DNA from: a bacterium
GTDB taxonomy: Bacteria; Zhuqueibacterota; QNDG01; DSAB01
NCBI GenBank assembly: GCA_016931965.1
Contig: JAFGDT010000086.1
Span: 129,142 to 193,141 of the forward strand
Length of the DNA stretch: 64,000 bases
Direction of reading: 5' to 3'
Both the position numbers and the translations under genes were made by a program. A model generated the notes under the pieces. The model was not told the DNA's origin, searched no databases, and saw nothing but the letters and a program-made list of their open reading frames with translations. Positions 59,544 through 64,000 of the stretch are shown in pieces (position 1 is the stretch's first letter; each line of letters opens with the position of its first letter).

Positions 59544-60230
59544 TTAAACCACATATTGTGTCGGATCCGGAATTCCGGCTTCCCTGAATCCCTTTTCCCT
59601 GAGCAGACAGCTGTCGCACTGCCCGCAGGCTTTGCCGTCTGGTGAGGGATCATAGCAGCTCTGCGTCATGCCGTAGTCGATGCCCAGTTCATGCCCCTTC
59701 TGAATAATTTGAGATTTTGTCATTTGAATCAATGGCGTATGAACTCGAATCCTTTGACCTTCCACACCCGCGCGCGTGCCCAGATTGGCCATCTTCTCAA
59801 AAGCCTCTATGAACTGCGGCCGGCAGTCTGGATATCCGGAGTAATCCAGCACATTGACACCGATAAAAATATCCGACGCACCCAGGCTTTCTGCCCAGGA
59901 GAGCGCAAAGGAGAGAAAAATCGTATTCCGGGCCGGTACATAGGTTACAGGCACATGCTGCGACATTTCCTCCTCTGACCGCTCTTTGGGCACTGGGATC
60001 TCCGTCGTCAGAGCCGAACCGCCGATGGAGGCTAAGTCGATGGTCAGGATGAGATGGTCTTTGACCGACATGGATCTCGCAACACGCCGGGCCGCTTCAA
60101 TCTCAAATTGATTCCTCTGTCCGTATCGAAAACTCAGTGCATAGAGATGATATCCTTCGGCTTTCGCACAACCCAAAGTGGTTGTCGAGTCGATGCCTCC
60201 GCTGAGCAGAACCACCGCTTTTCCCGCCAC
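59544..60230 (-). CDS. queC: 7-cyano-7-deazaguanine synthase
   Basis: SGGIDS, YGQR, TYVPARN, YPDCR, SCY..CGQCDSC. Confidence 0.96.
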   Translation of the reverse strand: MAGKAVVLLSGGIDSTTTLGCAKAEGYHLYALSFRYGQRNQFEIEAARRVARSMSVKDHLILTIDLASIGGSALTTEIPVPKERSEEEMSQHVPVTYVPARNTIFLSFALSWAESLGASDIFIGVNVLDYSGYPDCRPQFIEAFEKMANLGTRAGVEGQRIRVHTPLIQMTKSQIIQKGHELGIDYGMTQSCYDPSPDGKACGQCDSCLLREKGFREAGIPDPTQYVV

Positions 60231-60231
60231 C

Positions 60232-60870
60232 CTATCTCCCCCTTTCCTGATCCGGCCAGATGATTTTATGGAGCTGGAGCTGAAGACGGACTTTCAATCG
60301 ATCTTGAAGGATTCCTTCGGCGATCCGTGCAGGATCCATTTGGCCGTGAACGGGTGAAAACAAAACATGGACACGATCGGATAAGGCATACCGTTTGATA
60401 ACGTCTTTCGCCCAGTTATAATCCGACAAATCGGTCAGCACAAATTTTACTTCATCATGAGGCTTGAGCCGTTTGATATTTTCCCAGTCCATTTTATCGC
60501 TTTCCCCGCTGCCTGGACATTTGATATCGACAATGCGGACAAGATTTCCCCTGGCAAGATCGATATTCTGCGTGCCGTTTGTCTCCAATAAAACCCTGAA
60601 TCCCCGCTTCGAAAGCACGCGGATGAGATCAGGCGTTTCTTCCTGAATCAGAGGTTCGCCCCCTGTGATTTCAACGAGCAAACAACCGTATTGACCGACC
60701 TGTTCAACAATCTCAGCGATGGACATGGGCGTTTTCTGATCAGCTGCATATCGGGTGTCACAGTACCTGCAATCCAGATTGCACCCGGAAAGACGCACAA
60801 AAACGCACGGCAGTCCGGCAAAGGAGGATTCGCCCTGAATCGAATAAAAGATTTCGCTGACATCGATCAA
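60232..60870 (-). CDS. queE: 7-carboxy-7-deazaguanine synthase (radical SAM)
   Basis: [38 protein letters not shown]. Confidence 0.95.
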   Translation of the reverse strand: MIDVSEIFYSIQGESSFAGLPCVFVRLSGCNLDCRYCDTRYAADQKTPMSIAEIVEQVGQYGCLLVEITGGEPLIQEETPDLIRVLSKRGFRVLLETNGTQNIDLARGNLVRIVDIKCPGSGESDKMDWENIKRLKPHDEVKFVLTDLSDYNWAKDVIKRYALSDRVHVLFSPVHGQMDPARIAEGILQDRLKVRLQLQLHKIIWPDQERGR

Positions 60871-60871
60871 C

Positions 60872-61240
60872 TTACGGCTCCGAATAAGAAACAGAATAGG
60901 TTGCCGACTCCCAGACAGTAACCCGCGAAATATGAACGGAAACAGGCAATTTTTTCTTCACTTCTTGATAGATGTAACGGGACAGATTTTCGGCTGTCGG
61001 ATTTTCCTGATCAAAGGGTGCAATATCATTCATGTGATGATGATCGAACGGCTTGATGACCGATTCCGTGATGGCCCTCAATGATTTGAAATCAAAACTG
61101 ATACCCACTTTATTGATTTGATCTGTTTTGACTTCTACGCGCACTTTGAATGTATGTCCGTGAAGATCCTTGCAGGGCCCCTCATAGCCGTGAAGCTGAT
61201 GGGAAGAGGCAAACTGGGTTTCAATCGACGTGCAGTACAA
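60872..61240 (-). CDS. queD: 6-carboxy-5,6,7,8-tetrahydropterin synthase
   Basis: FASSHQL, CKDLHGH, DHHHMN, NPTAEN, VWES; TTG start after AGAGGAG. Confidence 0.93.
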   Translation of the reverse strand: MYCTSIETQFASSHQLHGYEGPCKDLHGHTFKVRVEVKTDQINKVGISFDFKSLRAITESVIKPFDHHHMNDIAPFDQENPTAENLSRYIYQEVKKKLPVSVHISRVTVWESATYSVSYSEP

Positions 61241-61300
61241 TGGATGGTACTCCTCTGCTTTTATGAAAAATGATCTGCTGTCCGGGAAAATCAACACTTA

Positions 61301-61329
61301 AGTATAACAAGAATTTGGGGGTTTGTCAA
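61301..61329 (-). promoter_or_regulatory. Near-consensus sigma70 promoter for queD-queE-queC-queF-folE2
   Basis: Minus strand TTGACA-17 nt-TATACT with an extended -10 TG. Confidence 0.8.
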
Positions 61330-61409
61330 GAAATTTGTGGACGTGCCGTCATATTCGAAATGGGATAATTTCATTCAACATCGTCAGGCTGAAATATCTA
61401 TTCACAAAA

Positions 61410-61657
61410 GGGATTCCTGCTCAAAATAATAAGGGAATGACAATACAACAAAATCCTAAATAAATACGATCACCCAGGCTCATCCGAAGTTGGGCGTTTG
61501 AAGAATGGGAACATTTGTCCCAATTTAATATCATATCATTGCCTATCCCCAGATTCTTCGACTTCGCTAAGAATGACCCTTACTCCTTAATGGTAAGACC
61601 ACACATGATCGCATTTGTTTCCCCCTGGATTCCCGCTCAAAACATCGGGGAGATAAC
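61410..61657. repeat. Repeat cluster containing the right ~96-bp inverted repeat (61482-61577) and two GGATTCC-type REPs
   Basis: ggattcctgctcaaaa..ggaatgac at about 61411; ggattcccgctcaaaac at about 61628; ggaatgacaatacaacaaaatcctaaataaat resembles 40049-40080. Confidence 0.75.
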
Positions 61658-61916
61658 ACTTCTTGATTTGCCTTTTTGATGTTCTTTCATGGTTTTTTGC
61701 ACGGACTGTCGAGAAGACGCGTTTTTCCCCGATTCATCCAATACTCCGTATTTCTGCAAAGCAGTAAACAGAATGAGTGTTCAGCATGGCAATCCAAATC
61801 ATTGCTTCTAAATTAAACATTGACTTTCACCGATAATATTTTTATTATAAAAATTAATACAATTTGCCCATCAGCAGGGGCAGGTTGCTGAATTGACTAT
61901 TTTTCATGAGGAATAT

Positions 61917-64000
61917 ATGATTTTAAAAAAATGGATCTATTTTTTGACAGGACCCATCCTGTGTACCACGCTTCTCTTCACGGTCTTCTGTTCCAATCCC
62001 GAGGATGCCACAGGCCCCGAAGATGAAGTCCCTATAACTCCCGGCGAGATAACTGGTGCTATTGATTCCGATTTACAGAACACACTGGATTTCGGTCAGC
62101 TTTCCCTGCTCGTCCCCAGTTCCGAAGTGGACATCGGTGATGACGGCTCTTTCGATGCGAACTTCCTCGTTGGAAGTCCTGAGAGTTTGCAGACAGCGAT
62201 TCTGCCCGTTCTGCAGAATGACCAGCCGGTGCTGCTGACCTATGCCTGCTCAAACAGCAGTCTCAATCCTCTTGGAACGACCATGGAGATCGGCGCCCAG
62301 AGCACGGCGCTGGCTCTGGTGATGATGCATCCCCTCTTTTACGGTTCCACGCCTCAGGGCCGTGTGGAGATCGCCAACCGCGTGGCAACCCACACCTCAT
62401 TTGCATCCCTGGTGACACAGGTCAGCACAGCTGTACAGAATGATCCCACAACCTATCTGGATAGCCTCAGTACTTACGACGCCCTTTATCAGCAGGCGGG
62501 AGAAATCGCTCTGAGCGTCTTCGATGCCATCGTCCCTGTGCAGAAACCGTCGGGAACCATTTCAAAACCAACATCACGTCCCAAGCCCTATGCCGCAGCA
62601 AACAACACCAGCAGCATTAAATACTTCAATCCTTATTACATCTTCTACGGAACAGGCGTATACGACTACAATACCGGAAACAACGTACAGACTTTCCTGC
62701 AGTCTCCAAGAGACCTCTACTGGGGTGTGGTTCCCTTCGTCGGTGATTACGGGGAAACCGTTCAGTCGCTCTCCCAGGGCGATTATACGTTTAAACTTTA
62801 TAAAGGATTTAATTGGTCCTCTGTGGGAATAGACGACGGAATAGATCCGTCCCATCCTTCGGGGAGGTCCACCTGGGCCAACACACTGATGGGCATTTTG
62901 AACATTGTCGGTCTGGTCTGCCCTTATGCTGAAGGCACGAATGTCAATGGACTGCTGAGCTCTGTCGATAATTTTTCCAGTATGGTGGACCTGTCCATTG
63001 CCGTGGGCAGTAAGGATGTGACGCAGATGATCACGGCATTTATATTTTTTATCAATGACAACAGGAATGTGATTGTGCAGATGCTCTGGAGCCCGCAGGA
63101 TGCCAACAATGTGGGTAAGTATCTTTCCAAACTCAACGGGGCATTGTCTAATGTGGCGCTGCCCCTCAAAGTGCTTCAGGCCGAGACCAAGGTTCCCTTC
63201 TTTTTTGATTTGGCTGTCGATGCGCCCTCTGAGGAGATTTTCAGCCGGCGCTTTCAGAACGGCATGCTGACAAACATCGAGCTGGGTCCCATACAGGTCA
63301 CGCAGCCGGATGCGGAGACCGAATGGGAATTGGGCGAAGAGAATGTGACCATCACATGGAATACGGGAAACGTGCCGGGCAATGTGACCATCGATCTCTA
63401 CAAGGGATCGAGTCTGGAGGAAATCATCTCCAATGACACACCCAACGACGGGCTTTTTGACACCTGGGATGTGACCTCCACGCTGGACACGGGAGACAAT
63501 TACACGGTCAAAATCTCATCCCTGTCAGCGGGAGACAACAGCGATTTCAGCGATCCCTTTACCATCCGCCTGCCGTTGAGCAATATTGAGATCACCGAGC
63601 CCAACAGCTCCAGCGTCTGGATGCAGGGCCAGCAGAATGTGACAATCACCTGGGAGCCGGACAACGTGACGGGCAATGTCGCCGTGGCTCTTTACAAAGG
63701 GGATGTGCTGGTGGAGACCCTTGCCAGCGCAACGAACAATGACGGCGACTGGATCGGGTATGATGTGCCTTCCGACATGACGCCCGGAACGGATTACCGG
63801 ATCAAAGTCACGCCTCTTTCCTACCCGGTCTATTACGGGATCAGCGATGACTTCGAAATCAAGGAAAATGTGTTTGAAGTGACCGAACCCAACAGCGGAA
63901 CCGTCTGGCAGCTGGGACAGCAGGATGTGGCCATTCTCTGGGGCACAGGTAATGTGACAGGTACTGTCGATATCGCCCTTTTTAAAAGTTCAACAAAAGT
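61917..64000 (+). CDS. Large surface lipoprotein with tandem Ig-like (Kre9/KNH-like) repeats; runs off the window
   Basis: Hand translation from ATG 61917 stays open to the window end. Signal ends TVF-C; repeats of about 95 aa (I.VT.P....W..G...V.I.W..GNV.G.V.I.LYKG) begin near 63290. Confidence 0.85.
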   Translation, partial: MILKKWIYFLTGPILCTTLLFTVFCSNPEDATGPEDEVPITPGEITGAIDSDLQNTLDFGQLSLLVPSSEVDIGDDGSFDANFLVGSPESLQTAILPVLQNDQPVLLTYACSNSSLNPLGTTMEIGAQSTALALVMMHPLFYGSTPQGRVEIANRVATHTSFASLVTQVSTAVQNDPTTYLDSLSTYDALYQQAGEIALSVFDAIVPVQKPSGTISKPTSRPKPYAAANNTSSIKYFNPYYIFYGTGVYDYNTGNNVQTFLQSPRDLYWGVVPFVGDYGETVQSLSQGDYTFKLYKGFNWSSVGIDDGIDPSHPSGRSTWANTLMGILNIVGLVCPYAEGTNVNGLLSSVDNFSSMVDLSIAVGSKDVTQMITAFIFFINDNRNVIVQMLWSPQDANNVGKYLSKLNGALSNVALPLKVLQAETKVPFFFDLAVDAPSEEIFSRRFQNGMLTNIELGPIQVTQPDAETEWELGEENVTITWNTGNVPGNVTIDLYKGSSLEEIISNDTPNDGLFDTWDVTSTLDTGDNYTVKISSLSAGDNSDFSDPFTIRLPLSNIEITEPNSSSVWMQGQQNVTITWEPDNVTGNVAVALYKGDVLVETLASATNNDGDWIGYDVPSDMTPGTDYRIKVTPLSYPVYYGISDDFEIKENVFEVTEPNSGTVWQLGQQDVAILWGTGNVTGTVDIALFKSSTK

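Noticed and set aside
58369..61240. dpd-type 7-deazaguanine DNA modification island
   Set aside because: No dpdA/tgt-like gene in the window; queF points to tRNA queuosine synthesis.
61241..61300. preQ1 riboswitch upstream of queD
   Set aside because: The leader is short and I could not find the class I stem-loop consensus.

Overview
Mostly core-genome DNA from a Gram-negative bacterium. A T9SS type-A C-terminal domain, a DUF4954-like gene, lpxB/lpxK and TonB-dependent transport suggest the FCB group (KSB1/Calditrichota/Ignavibacteria-like); this is inferred, not searched. The window holds about 55 CDS, one tRNA-Pro(TGG), a cobalamin riboswitch before a BtuB-like receptor, FNR-type and DtxR-type operators, three sigma54 promoters and several families of small palindromic repeats. 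There is no CRISPR array, rRNA, integrase or transposase. Highlights: (1) a ~3.3 kb islet bounded by a synonymously diverged duplicate of the 3' end of a GlmS-like SIS gene and punctuated by two copies of a ~107-nt four-hairpin element; (2) a chemoreceptor with a circularly permuted RbsB-type sugar-binding domain on its cytoplasmic side; (3) an HtrA/DegS homologue lacking all three catalytic residues, next to an ECF sigma/anti-sigma pair; (4) a gnnA-like/lmtA-like/lpxB/lpxK cluster; (5) a toxin-antitoxin pair plus preQ1 operon bracketed by ~96-bp inverted repeats; (6) a possible Zn-binding bL38-like protein and a kinase-like membrane protein. All family calls come from reading motifs by eye; no database searches were run.
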